The notes under the pieces were generated by a model. The model was not told where the DNA came from. It searched no databases and was given only the letters and a program-made list of their open reading frames with translations. This document shows, piece by piece, positions 1-13,791 of a stretch of DNA of 64,000 nucleotides (the first letter of the stretch is position 1; the number at the start of each line of letters is the position of its first letter). Source of the DNA: Laetmonice hystrix (taxonomy: Eukaryota). The stretch lies in the NCBI GenBank assembly GCA_965235115.1, contig OZ249436.1:43340001-43404000 (forward strand). The letters are read 5' to 3'. Both the position numbers and the translations under genes were made by a program.

Positions 1-3000
1 GGATGGTTGGTGAAGTGGGAATGTATACGACATGAGGCTGGGATGGTTGGTGGTGAAGTGGGAATGTATACGACATGAGGCTGGGATGGTTGGTGAAGTG
101 GGAATGTATACGACATGAGGCTGGGCTGGTTGGTGAAGTGGGAATGTATACGACATGAGGCTGGGCTGGTTGGTGAAGTGGGAATGTATACGACATGAGG
201 CTGGGCTGGTTGGTGAAGTGGGAATGTATACGACATGAGGCTGGGATGGTTGGTGGTGAAGTGGTAATGTATACGACATGAGGCTGGGATGGTTAGTGGT
301 GAAGTGGGAATGTATACGACATGAGGCTGGGATGGTTGGTGAAGTGGGAATGTATACGACATGAGGCTGGGATAGTTGGTGGTGAAGTGGGAATGTATAC
401 GACATGAGGCTGGGATGGTTGGTGAAGTGGGAATGTATACGACATGAGGCTGGGATGGTTGGTGAAGTGGGAATGTATACGACATGAGGCTGGGATGGTT
501 AGTGGTGAAGTGGGAATGTATACGACATGAGGCTGGGCTGGTTGGTGAAGTGGGAATGTATACGACATGAGGCTGGGATGGTTGGTGAAGTGGGAATGTA
601 TACGACATGAGGCTGGGATGGTTGGTGGTGAAGTGGTAATGTATACGACATGAGGCTGGGATGGTTAGTGGTGAAGTGGGAATGTATACGACATGAGGCT
701 GGGATGGTTGGTGAAGTGGGAATGTATACGACATGAGGCTGGGATGGTTGGTGGTGAAGTGGGAATGTATACGACATGAGGCTGGGATGGTTGGTGAAGT
801 GGGAATGTATACGACATGAGGCTGGGATGGTTGGTGAAGTGGGAATGTATACGACATGAGGCTGGGATGGTTAGTGGTGAAGTGAGAATGTATACGACAT
901 GAGGCTGGGCTGGTTGGTGAAGTGGGAATGTATACGACATGAGGCTGGGATGGTTGGTGAAGTGGGAATGTATACGACATGAGGCTGGGCTGGTTGGTGA
1001 AGTGGGAATGTATACGACATGAGGCTGGGATGGTTGGTGAAGTGGGAATGTATACGACATGAGGCTGGGATGGTTGGTGAAGTGGGAATGTATACGACAT
1101 GAGGCTGGGATGGTTGGTGAAGTGGTAATGTATACGACATGAGGCTGGGATGGTTGGTGAAGTGGGAATGTATACGACATGAGGCTGGGATGGTTGGTGA
1201 AGTGGGAATGTATACGACATGAGGCTGGGATGGTTAGTGGTGAAGTGGGAATGTATACGACATGAGGCTGGGCTGGTTGGTGAAGTGGGAATGTATACGA
1301 CATGAGGCTGGGATGGTTGGTGGTGAAGTGGGAATGTATACGACATGAGGCTGAGATGGTTGGTGAAGTGGGAATGTATACGACATGAGGCTGGGATGGT
1401 TGGTGAAGTGGGAATGTATACGACATGAGGCTGGGATGGTTGGTGAAGTGGGAATGTATACGACATGAGGCTGGGATGGTTGGTGAAGTGGGAATGTATA
1501 CGACATGAGGCTGGGATGGTTGGTGGTGAAGTGGTAATGTATACGACATGAGGCTGGGATGGTTGGTGAAGTGGGAATGTATACGACATGAGGCTGGGAT
1601 GGTTGGTGAAGTGGGAATGTATACGACATGAGGCTGGGATGGTTGGTGGTGAAGTGGGAATGTATACGACATGAGGCTGGGATGGTTGGTGAAGTGGGAA
1701 TGTATACGACATGAGGCTGGGATGGTTGGTGAAGTGGGAATGTATATGACATGAGGCTGGGATGGTTGGTGAAGTGGGAATGTATACGACATGAGGCTGG
1801 GATGGTTAGTGGTGAAGTGGGAATGTATACGACATGAGGCTGGGCTGGTTGGTGAAGTGGGAATGTATACGACATGAGGCTGGGATGGTTGGTGAAGTGG
1901 GAATGTATACGACATGAGGCTGGGCTGGTTGGTGAAGTGGGAATGTATACGACATGAGGCTGGGATGGTTGGTGAAGTGGGAATGTATACGACATGAGGC
2001 TGGGATGGTTGGTGAAGTGGGAATGTATACGACATGAGGCTGGGATGGTTAGTGGTGAAGTGGGAATGTATACGACATGAGGCTGGGCTGGTTGGTGAAG
2101 TGGGAATGTATACGACATGAGGCTGGGATGGTTGGTGGTGAAGTGGGAATGTATACGACATGAGGCTGAGATGGTTGGTGAAGTGGGAATGTATACGACA
2201 TGAGGCTGGGATGGTTGGTGAAGTGGGAATGTATACGACATGAGGCTGGGATGGTCGGTGAAGTGGGAATGTATACGACATGAGGCTGGGATGGTTGGTG
2301 AAGTGGGAATGTATACGACATGAGGCTGGGATGGTTGGCGCAGTGGGAATGTATACGACATGAGGCTGGGATGGTTGGTGGTGAAGTGGGAATGTATACG
2401 ACATGAGGCTGGGATGGTTGGTGGTGAAGTGGGAATGTATACGACATGAGGCTGGGATGGTTGGCGCAGTGGGAATGTAGACGACATGAGGCTGGGATGG
2501 TTGGTGAAGTGGGAATGTATACGACATGAGGCTGGGATGGTTGGTGAAGTGGGAATGTAGACGACATGAGGCTGGGCTGGTTGGTGAAGTGGGAATGTAT
2601 ACGACATGAGGCTGGGATGGTTGGTGGTGAAGTGGGAATGTATACGGCATGAGGTTGGGATGGTTGGTGAAGTGGGAATGTATACGACATGAGGCTGGGA
2701 TGGTTGGTGAAGTGGAAATGTATACGACATGAGGCTGGGATAGTTGGTGAAGTGGGAATGTATACGACATGAGGCTGGGATGGTTGGTGGTGAAGTGGGA
2801 ATGTATACGACATGAGGCTGGGATGGTTGGTGAAGTGGGAATGTATACGACATGAGGCTGGGATGGTTGGTGAAGTGGGAATGTATACGACATGAGGCTG
2901 GGATGGTTGGTGGTGAAGTGGGAATGTATACGACATGAGGCTGGGCTGGTTGGTGAAGTGGGAATGTATACGACATGAGGCTGGGATGGTTGGTGGTGAA

Positions 3001-6000
3001 GTGGGAATGTAGACGACATGAGGCTGGGATGGTTCGTGGTGAAGTGGGAATGTATACGACATGAGGCTGGGATGGTTGGTGAAGTGGGAATGTATACGAC
3101 ATGAGGCTGGGATGGTTGGTGGTGAAGTGGGAATGTATACGACATGAGGCTGGGCTGGTTGGTGAAGTGGGAATGTATACGACATGAGGCTGGGATGGTT
3201 GGTGGTGAAGTGGGAATGTAGACGACATGAGGCTGGGATGGTTGGTGAAGTGGGAATGTATACGACATGAGGCTGGGATGGTTGGTGAAGTGGGAATGTA
3301 TACGACATGAGGCTGGGATGGTTGGTGGTGAAGTGGGAATGTATACGACATGAGGCTGGGATGGTTGGTGGTGAAGTGGGAATGTATACGACATGAGGCT
3401 GGGATGGTTGGTGAAGTGGGAATGTATACGACATGAGGCTGGGATGGTTGGTGAAGTGGGAATGTATACGACATGAGGCTGGGATGGTTGGTGAAGTGGG
3501 AATGTAGACGACATGAGGCTGGGATGGTTGGTGGTGAAGTGGGAATGTAGACGACATGAGGCTGGGATGGTTGGTGAAGTGGGAATGTATACGACATGAG
3601 GCTGGGATGGTTGGTGAAGTGGGAATGTATACGACATGAGGCTGGGATGGTTGGTGGTGAAGTGGGAATGTATACGACATGAGGCTGGGATGGTTGGTGG
3701 TGAAGTGGGAATGTATACGACATGAGGCTGGGATGGTTGGTGAAGTGGGAATGTATACGACACGAGGCTGGGATGGTTGGTGAAGTGGGAATGTATACGA
3801 CATGAGGCTGGGATGGTTGGTGAAGTGGGAATGTAGACGACATGAGGCTGGGATGGTTGGTGGTGAAGTGGGAATGTATACGACATGAGGCTGGGATGGT
3901 TGGTGGTGAAGTGGGAATGTATACGACATGAGGCTGGGATGGTTGGTGAAGTGGGAATGTATACGACATGAGGCTGGGATGGTTGGTGGTGAAGTGGGAA
4001 TGTATACGACATGAGGCTGGGATGGTTGGTGGTGAAGTGGGAATGTATACGACATGAGGCTGGGATGGTTGGTGAAGTGGGAATGTATACGACATGAGGC
4101 TGGGATGGTTGGTGAAGTGGGAATGTATACGACATGAGGCTGGGATGGTTGGTGAAGTGGGAATGTAGACGACATGAGGCTGGGATGGTTGGTGAAGTGG
4201 GAATGTATACGACATGAGGCTGGGATGGTTGGTGGTGAAGTGGGAATGTATACGACATGAGGCTGGGATGGTTGGTGAAGTGGGAATGTATACGACATGA
4301 GGCTGGGATGGTTGGTGGTGAAGTGGGAATGTATACGACATGAGGCTGGGATGGTTGGTGAAGTGGGAATGTATACGACATGAGGCTGGGATGGTTGGTG
4401 AAGTGGGAATGTATACAACATGAGGCTGGGATGGTTGGTGAAGTGGGAATGTATACGACATGAGGCTGGGATGGTTGGTGAAGTGGGAATGTATACGACA
4501 TGAGGCTGGGATGGTTGGTGAAGTGGGAATGTATACGACATGAGGCTGGGATGGTTGGTGGTGAAGTGGTAATGTATACGACATGAGGCTGGGATGGTTG
4601 GTGAAGTGGGAATGTATACGACATGAGGCTGGGATGGTTGGTGAAGTGGGAATGTATACGACATGAGGCTGGGATGGTTGGTGGTGAAGTGGGAATGTAT
4701 ACGACATGAGGCTGGGATGGTTGGTGAAGTGGGAATGTATACGACATGAGGCTGGGATGGTTGGTGAAGTGGGAATGTATATGACATGAGGCTGGGATGG
4801 TTGGTGAAGTGGGAATGTATACGACATGAGGCTGGGATGGTTAGTGGTGAAGTGGGAATGTATACGACATGAGGCTGGGCTGGTTGGTGAAGTGGGAATG
4901 TATACGACATGAGGCTGGGATGGTTGGTGAAGTGGGAATGTATACGACATGAGGCTGGGCTGGTTGGTGAAGTGGGAATGTATACGACATGAGGCTGGGA
5001 TGGTTGGTGAAGTGGGAATGTATACGACATGAGGCTGGGATGGTTGGTGAAGTGGGAATGTATACGACATGAGGCTGGGATGGTTAGTGGTGAAGTGGGA
5101 ATGTATACGACATGAGGCTGGGCTGGTTGGTGAAGTGGGAATGTATACGACATGAGGCTGGGATGGTTGGTGGTGAAGTGGGAATGTATACGACATGAGG
5201 CTGAGATGGTTGGTGAAGTGGGAATGTATACGACATGAGGCTGGGATGGTTGGTGAAGTGGGAATGTATACGACATGAGGCTGGGATGGTTGGTGAAGTG
5301 GGAATGTATACGACATGAGGCTGGGATGGTTGGTGAAGTGGGAATGTATACGACATGAGGCTGGGATGGTTGGCGCAGTGGGAATGTATACGACATGAGG
5401 CTGGGATGGTTGGTGGTGAAGTGGGAATGTATACGACATGAGGCTGGGATGGTTGGTGGTGAAGTGGGAATGTATACGACATGAGGCTGGGATGGTTGGC
5501 GCAGTGGGAATGTAGACGACATGAGGCTGGGATGGTTGGTGAAGTGGGAATGTATACGACATGAGGCTGGGATGGTTGGTGAAGTGGGAATGTAGACGAC
5601 ATGAGGCTGGGCTGGTTGGTGAAGTGGGAATGTATACGACATGAGGCTGGGATGGTTGGTGGTGAAGTGGGAATGTATACGGCATGAGGTTGGGATGGTT
5701 GGTGAAGTGGGAATGTATACGACATGAGGCTGGGATGGTTGGTGAAGTGGGAATGTATACGACATGAGGCTGGGATGGTTGGTGAAGTGGGAATGTATAC
5801 GACATGAGGCTGGGATGGTTGGTGGTGAAGTGGGAATGTATACGACATGAGGCTGGGATGGTTGGTGAAGTGGGAATGTATACGACATGAGGCTGGGATG
5901 GTTGGTGAAGTGGGAATGTATACGACATGAGGCTGGGATGGTTGGTGGTGAAGTGGGAATGTATACGACATGAGGCTGGGCTGGTTGGTGAAGTGGGAAT

Positions 6001-9000
6001 GTATACGACATGAGGCTGGGATGGTTGGTGGTGAAGTGGGAATGTAGACGACATGAGGCTGGGATGGTTCGTGGTGAAGTGGGAATGTATACGACATGAG
6101 GCTGGGATGGTTGGTGAAGTGGGAATGTATACGACATGAGGCTGGGATGGTTGGTGGTGAAGTGGGAATGTATACGACATGAGGCTGGGCTGGTTGGTGA
6201 AGTGGGAATGTATACGACATGAGGCTGGGATGGTTGGTGGTGAAGTGGGAATGTAGACGACATGAGGCTGGGATGGTTGGTGAAGTGGGAATGTATACGA
6301 CATGAGGCTGGGATGGTTGGTGAAGTGGGAATGTATACGACATGAGGCTGGGATGGTTGGTGGTGAAGTGGGAATGTATACGACATGAGGCTGGGATGGT
6401 TGGTGAAGTGGGAATGTATACGACATGAGGCTGGGATGGTTGGTGAAGTGGGAATGTATACAACATGAGGCTGGGATGGTTGGTGAAGTGGGAATGTATA
6501 CGACATGAGGCTGGGATGGTTGGTGAAGTGGGAATGTATACGACATGAGGCTGGGATGGTTGGTGAAGTGGGAATGTATACGACATGAGGCTGGGATGGT
6601 TGGTGGTGAAGTGGTAATGTATACGACATGAGGCTGGGATGGTTGGTGAAGTGGGAATGTATACGACATGAGGCTGGGATGGTTGGTGAAGTGGGAATGT
6701 ATACGACATGAGGCTGGGATGGTTGGTGGTGAAGTGGGAATGTATACGACATGAGGCTGGGATGGTTGGTGAAGTGGGAATGTATACGACATGAGGCTGG
6801 GATGGTTGGTGAAGTGGGAATGTATATGACATGAGGCTGGGATGGTTGGTGAAGTGGGAATGTATACGACATGAGGCTGGGATGGTTAGTGGTGAAGTGG
6901 GAATGTATACGACATGAGGCTGGGCTGGTTGGTGAAGTGGGAATGTATACGACATGAGGCTGGGATGGTTGGTGAAGTGGGAATGTATACGACATGAGGC
7001 TGGGCTGGTTGGTGAAGTGGGAATGTATACGACATGAGGCTGGGATGGTTGGTGAAGTGGGAATGTATACGACATGAGGCTGGGATGGTTGGTGAAGTGG
7101 GAATGTATACGACATGAGGCTGGGATGGTTAGTGGTGAAGTGGGAATGTATACGACATGAGGCTGGGCTGGTTGGTGAAGTGGGAATGTATACGACATGA
7201 GGCTGGGATGGTTGGTGGTGAAGTGGGAATGTATACGACATGAGGCTGAGATGGTTGGTGAAGTGGGAATGTATACGACATGAGGCTGGGATGGTTGGTG
7301 AAGTGGGAATGTATACGACATGAGGCTGGGATGGTTGGTGAAGTGGGAATGTATACGACATGAGGCTGGGATGGTTGGTGAAGTGGGAATGTATACGACA
7401 TGAGGCTGGGATGGTTGGCGCAGTGGGAATGTATACGACATGAGGCTGGGATGGTTGGTGGTGAAGTGGGAATGTATACGACATGAGGCTGGGATGGTTG
7501 GTGGTGAAGTGGGAATGTATACGACATGAGGCTGGGATGGTTGGCGCAGTGGGAATGTAGACGACATGAGGCTGGGATGGTTGGTGAAGTGGGAATGTAT
7601 ACGACATGAGGCTGGGATGGTTGGTGAAGTGGGAATGTAGACGACATGAGGCTGGGCTGGTTGGTGAAGTGGGAATGTATACGACATGAGGCTGGGATGG
7701 TTGGTGGTGAAGTGGGAATGTATACGGCATGAGGTTGGGATGGTTGGTGAAGTGGGAATGTATACGACATGAGGCTGGGATGGTTGGTGAAGTGGGAATG
7801 TATACGACATGAGGCTGGGATGGTTGGTGAAGTGGGAATGTATACGACATGAGGCTGGGATGGTTGGTGGTGAAGTGGGAATGTATACGACATGAGGCTG
7901 GGATGGTTGGTGAAGTGGGAATGTATACGACATGAGGCTGGGATGGTTGGTGAAGTGGGAATGTATACGACATGAGGCTGGGATGGTTGGTGGTGAAGTG
8001 GGAATGTATACGACATGAGGCTGGGCTGGTTGGTGAAGTGGGAATGTATACGACATGAGGCTGGGATGGTTGGTGGTGAAGTGGGAATGTAGACGACATG
8101 AGGCTGGGATGGTTCGTGGTGAAGTGGGAATGTATACGACATGAGGCTGGGATGGTTGGTGAAGTGGGAATGTATACGACATGAGGCTGGGATGGTTGGT
8201 GGTGAAGTGGGAATGTATACGACATGAGGCTGGGCTGGTTGGTGAAGTGGGAATGTATACGACATGAGGCTGGGATGGTTGGTGGTGAAGTGGGAATGTA
8301 GACGACATGAGGCTGGGATGGTTGGTGAAGTGGGAATGTATACGACATGAGGCTGGGATGGTTGGTGAAGTGGGAATGTATACGACATGAGGCTGGGATG
8401 GTTGGTGGTGAAGTGGGAATGTATACGACATGAGGCTGGGATGGTTGGTGGTGAAGTGGGAATGTATACGACATGAGGCTGGGATGGTTGGTGAAGTGGG
8501 AATGTATACGACATGAGGCTGGGATGGTTGGTGAAGTGGGAATGTATACGACATGAGGCTGGGATGGTTGGTGAAGTGGGAATGTAGACGACATGAGGCT
8601 GGGATGGTTGGTGGTGAAGTGGGAATGTAGACGACATGAGGCTGGGATGGTTGGTGAAGTGGGAATGTATACGACATGAGGCTGGGATGGTTGGTGAAGT
8701 GGGAATGTATACGACATGAGGCTGGGATGGTTGGTGGTGAAGTGGGAATGTATACGACATGAGGCTGGGATGGTTGGTGGTGAAGTGGGAATGTATACGA
8801 CATGAGGCTGGGATGGTTGGTGAAGTGGGAATGTATACGACACGAGGCTGGGATGGTTGGTGAAGTGGGAATGTATACGACATGAGGCTGGGATGGTTGG
8901 TGAAGTGGGAATGTAGACGACATGAGGCTGGGATGGTTGGTGGTGAAGTGGGAATGTATACGACATGAGGCTGGGATGGTTGGTGGTGAAGTGGGAATGT

Positions 9001-9495
9001 ATACGACATGAGGCTGGGATGGTTGGTGAAGTGGGAATGTATACGACATGAGGCTGGGATGGTTGGTGGTGAAGTGGGAATGTATACGACATGAGGCTGG
9101 GATGGTTGGTGGTGAAGTGGGAATGTATACGACATGAGGCTGGGATGGTTGGTGAAGTGGGAATGTATACGACATGAGGCTGGGATGGTTGGTGAAGTGG
9201 GAATGTATACGACATGAGGCTGGGATGGTTGGTGAAGTGGGAATGTAGACGACATGAGGCTGGGATGGTTGGTGAAGTGGGAATGTATACGACATGAGGC
9301 TGGGATGGTTGGTGGTGAAGTGGGAATGTATACGACATGAGGCTGGAATGGTTGGTGGTGAAGTGGGAATGTATACGACATGAGGCTGGGATGGTTGGTG
9401 GTGAAGTGGGAATGTATACGACATGAGGCTGGGATGGTTGGTGGTGAAGTGGGAATGTATACGACATGAGGCTGGGATGGCTACGACATGAGGCT
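1..9495. repeat. Large satellite array, 40-bp monomer (GGCTGGGATGGTTGGTGAAGTGGGAATGTATACGACATGA) with a 43-bp variant (+GGT); runs off the window start
   Basis: Near-identical monomers read directly; diagnostic variants recur at 3035- and 2045-bp spacings. Confidence 0.99.
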
Positions 9496-10660
9496 CAGAC
9501 CTCTCCTGGATATACGCCACTGGTATCGGGTCATTGTGGCCGGGTATTTTGTCCAGAGTAGGCTCCCAACGCAACCCTTAAATATTTATAAAAGCTCGCC
9601 CCTTGAGCCTCACCTTCTACTGCCGGGCGCCCTCCCCCCTGTTTCGGTCTCCTGGGGGATTATCAAACACTGCACTTTGATAATGCTACACATGCAGAAC
9701 GGCCCTCATGAATGCTTGACATCAGGCATAGAACGGTTTATCTATGCAAATCTCTTCTTTGTGACATGACTCCCGTACTAACAACAGCGCGCCTACCAGC
9801 CGCCCTCCAAGCAGACACTAACGGCAGAGAACGAAAGCCCTCTGCTGGAATATCGGGCCAAGTCATAATCGCTGAAATACGAAGAATAACATATCACTCA
9901 AGAAGGATCTTTTTCACAGAGTTGTGCTGAGAACTCTGATTTGAAGTGATATATGGAAGTTTCACTGCTTCGGGGGTGCAATCAGACATTGAAATGAAAA
10001 GAACAAAAAGTCTTGACAAGTCTGTCTGCACCATGGCACACCATGGCACATTGGCGAATGAGTGCTGAAATTCTACCCCTATAGCCTAGACTGCCTTTGA
10101 CATTGGACGCTATGATATATCTTGGTTTTTCCTTACAAACTTCACCACGAGGGAGTGTGGAAGATTCACGATGTGTGCGAAGGTAGTGTTTTAATTGCGA
10201 TAAACACGTCTGCTGTCGTTGACGTCATAAATCTCTCTGGTACCTCGTCACGTGACCGACAACCATCAGTTCTTACTTCATTTAACAATAGGCGAGATCT
10301 CGGCAGCGCGAGATCTATAGACTCACTGATCTGCGTCAGGCTGCAGTCACATTGGCAGTAACTGCGAGACTGGGTGTCTACAATACCGTCTACAGCCATT
10401 ATACCAGAAACTATACAATTGGCGGGAGGCTATTAATTTGACCTGTTTATACCATTAGACACTATCCGGCCTGAAGGGTGGTGTCTGACAATGCTATTGA
10501 CGGTACAGGAGACAGGTTAATAATCCTGGATCGAGGAACCAACTCTATTCATTGCAAAATGTAATTAATGTTTAGTGAAACTGCGGTAGCTGATGTGACC
10601 AACGAGGGTTTTGAAATATGACTCTTGTTATATGTCCGTCGTGGTGATAATAAGTGATAG

Positions 10661-10886
10661 GCAGAGTCAGAGAGAGAGAGAGAGTCAGATAGAGAGTGAG
10701 AGAGAGAAAGAGAGTGAGAGAGACACAGAGAGAGTCAGAGAGAGACACAGAGAGTCAGAGAGAGAGAGAGAGGGACAGAGAGAGTCAAAGAGAGACAGAG
10801 AGTTACAGAGAGAGACAGAGTCAGATCTCGAGAAAGACAGAGAGAGACAGAGAGAGTCAGAGATCGAGAGAGACAGAGAGAGAGAG

Positions 10887-10929
<43 letters not shown>

Positions 10930-10963
10930 AGGGAGGGAGGGAGAGACAGACAGACAGACAGGC

Positions 10964-10995
<32 letters not shown>

Positions 10996-11021
10996 AGGGA
11001 GGGAGGGAGAGACAGACAGAC

Positions 11022-11084
<63 letters not shown>
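10661..11084. repeat. Imperfect (GA)n/(GACA)n/(GGGA)n microsatellite
   Basis: Direct reading. Confidence 0.97.
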
Positions 11085-11087
<3 letters not shown>

Positions 11088-11828
11088 TTTACTCAGTCCG
11101 CCAGAATAAAATTAAAGAAGCATAAACCTACTGGAAACTCTTGTCCCGACTATTGGGGCTTCCGTTGGGTTCTCTCTGGATTCTACGCAGAAATAAGGTT
11201 GATTTCCTAGCTGGGTATGACCAGCGACTCGAGCCATGCCTCGCGTGGCTGTCTAACGCGTGCCTGTGGACGTAAATTTACTGACCGTCAGAGGAGAAAC
11301 GAGGGGAACCAGGAACCCTGATACCATCAGGTGGTCCAAGTAAATTAGAAGGACCGAGAATTCCCGCCAGGTTTCCCTGGAGACCACTCCGGGTCGGGTC
11401 CCGGGTCGGATGTACTGACAGGGGTTTGATAAGTGGGGGTTCGTTGGGTTATTGGGGTTGTTCGGTGACGTGTTTATCACATACACCCCTGGGGATTTGA
11501 TAGCGGGCGTGGAGGGTTGGCGCTCGTTGTTATGATGGAGGTCAGAGGGCAAGAGTCAAGGGTCAAGGGTCAGCAGGCAACTCCACACGGCCGGCCAACG
11601 ACCCGATCCGACTATAGACCTAAGATCCGCTCCCAACATATTCAATATCCCCTAATTAATGGAATCTTGCGGGGGGGGGGGGGGGCTAGGCCATGTTCCG
11701 ATCAACAGACGTGCATGTAAAGTTCATGGAACCCATATAACCCATACTGCAGTGTATTAGGCGGTCGTGGAAGTGATGAAGCCGTTTGTTGTCATCAAAG
11801 CTGTTCTGAAGATTGACCAGGTGTTACA

Positions 11829-12101
11829 AGTTTAGAGTGGTCTACTGAAGATAAATGTAAGTTTAGAGTGGTCTACTGAAGATAGATGTAAGTTTAGAGT
11901 GGTCTACTGAAGATAAATGTAAATTTAGTGTGGTTTATTGAAGATAAATGTAAGTTTAGAGTGGTCTACTGAAGATAAATGTACGTTTAGAGTGTTCTAC
12001 TGAAGATAAATGTAAGTTTAGAGTGGTCTACTGAAGATAAATGTAAATTTAGAGTGGTTTATTGAAGATAAATGTAAGTTTAGAGTGGTCTACTGAAGAT
12101 A
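11829..12101. repeat. 31-bp minisatellite (GTAAGTTTAGAGTGGTCTACTGAAGATAAAT), about 9 copies
   Basis: Direct reading. Confidence 0.95.
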
Positions 12102-12532
12102 GCTCTGGAGGGAAGGCAGACAGAGGCCGGGAGAATTGGTCGCTGATCACGGATTACAGATAGTTCACGTTGTTGTACAACAACCGTTCCTTTTTTTCAG
12201 TTCTTTATTTATCCTGGCGATGGTCGTCCAATAAGACGGTTTTAATCTATCACCAGGTTCTCTTGAGTACAGGTTTTCACATAGTCAGTTGTAACATTGA
12301 GTTAATAGTGAACAATCAACATGGCATTAAAGTGATACATACCTCCATAGAGGAGGACATGTTAGTAGATACAGGTTACTCTCGACCGCTATTTGCTAAG
12401 TCTCTGTAGAGCATTAACTGTGTATTTCAATATCCATATAAATACAAATAGAACAAATTTCATGTGAACATCCTTCAAATCTGTCTTAGACTGCATGTTG
12501 GGAAGGTATAAAGGATATTAATCAACATTATA

Positions 12533-12930
12533 TTATATCGATCCTTGATAGCATCCATTGGGTGGTAGTAAATTCCACTCAATGGCCCCGTGGTAGAAAA
12601 CATTTTGTTTACAGCATTCAATTCTTTGCTGTTGTATTCTAAAAGTAATACCGTTATGTTGCCTGGTTGCTATTTCACGGTTGTCGACCTTGTTAGCGTC
12701 TTCCCTGTACCTAAACATAACATTTCGTAAATGTGCTATTCGCCTATCTTCTAGTTTCGCTATTCGTGTTAGTTGATGGATGGTATCCACTGAGGTTTGA
12801 GGATGAACTCGGAGACAGATTCTTAGACACTTATTTTGTAGTCTCTGGATTTTGTTTAGTAAATTACTTGCTGCCTTCATATACATTATATCTCCGTAGT
12901 ACAAGTATACGGTACAATCATAGTTTTATA
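12533..12930 (-). mobile_element. Degraded 3' fragment of a non-LTR retrotransposon ORF2 (CR1/L2-like, post-RT region)
   Basis: Translation YYGDIMY...LNKIQRLQNKCLRIC...FYHGAIEWNLLP resembles the C-terminal region of CR1/L2 ORF2. Confidence 0.75.
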
Positions 12931-13791
12931 AATAGTGATAGCTTGTGTATCCGTTATGTACGGTCTAATTTTACTCAGAACAAACATTTTTCCTTTACAG
13001 ATCAACGACAAATTACAAGTATTATCGGGATCTGGTACATGTTGATTCTGATGTCTGTACCACTTTAAGTAATCTTAACAGGGAGATGTACTAGTCTAAG
13101 CGAGTGTTTGACGTGCGGCAGGTAGACCTATAATTGTCACCTAAATGTATTCAATAATCCCACCGACTGTCCTGTCGTAAAAAGTACCAGTCGTGTGATT
13201 ATTGTTACAAATAAAGATAATTGTAAAGTTAGAGTGGTCTACTCAAGAAAAGCGTCGACAAATAGCGAATAACAGTAGGCCTACCCCCCTTTTTTTTATT
13301 CACCACACGCCTACTTGTGTGGGTTCCTTTGTTATCGCTACACATGTAGAGCAATTAATGTATTTGATATTCTTATCCGATCCAGACACTGTACTTTTAC
13401 AGGCGATGGAATCGTTTTGTCCCCAGGCTGCTTAAAGTGCGTGTGACATTATCACATCGGCTTACGTAGAGTGTGTTTTGTTTTATGAATGTCAAGATTA
13501 CTGTCACCAGCAGATAGAGTTATACCAACGAGACTAGACGGTCTAGTCTCGCAGGTTATACGTAGATACGAGAACGACGAACACCATGCCAATGATCTTT
13601 TTGTATGATTGCAGCCATTTCGTATGCAGGAGAAATAGGCGGTTATTTAAAATGGAGCAGCAGATACAGAAACAAACTAATGAAAGGCCTTTATGTTTCA
13701 AATGTATTGGAGTAAAATATAATCCCGGGAGCTCAGCTTTGGTGTAGCTGATGACATTGCGCAGTGCGCATGCTCCGAGATCACGTGACGG

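Noticed and set aside
1..9495. CRISPR-like array
   Set aside because: Units are contiguous with no unique spacers, there are no cas genes, and the context is eukaryotic; the same applies to every other array
293..9574. Huge minus-strand ORFs (up to 2472 aa)
   Set aside because: All three frames give the same periodic peptide because the monomer lacks stops on that strand; a satellite artefact
10611..11210. Arg/Glu-rich ORFs (also 26508-27196, 30417, 41809-42199)
   Set aside because: Translations of (GA)n tracts
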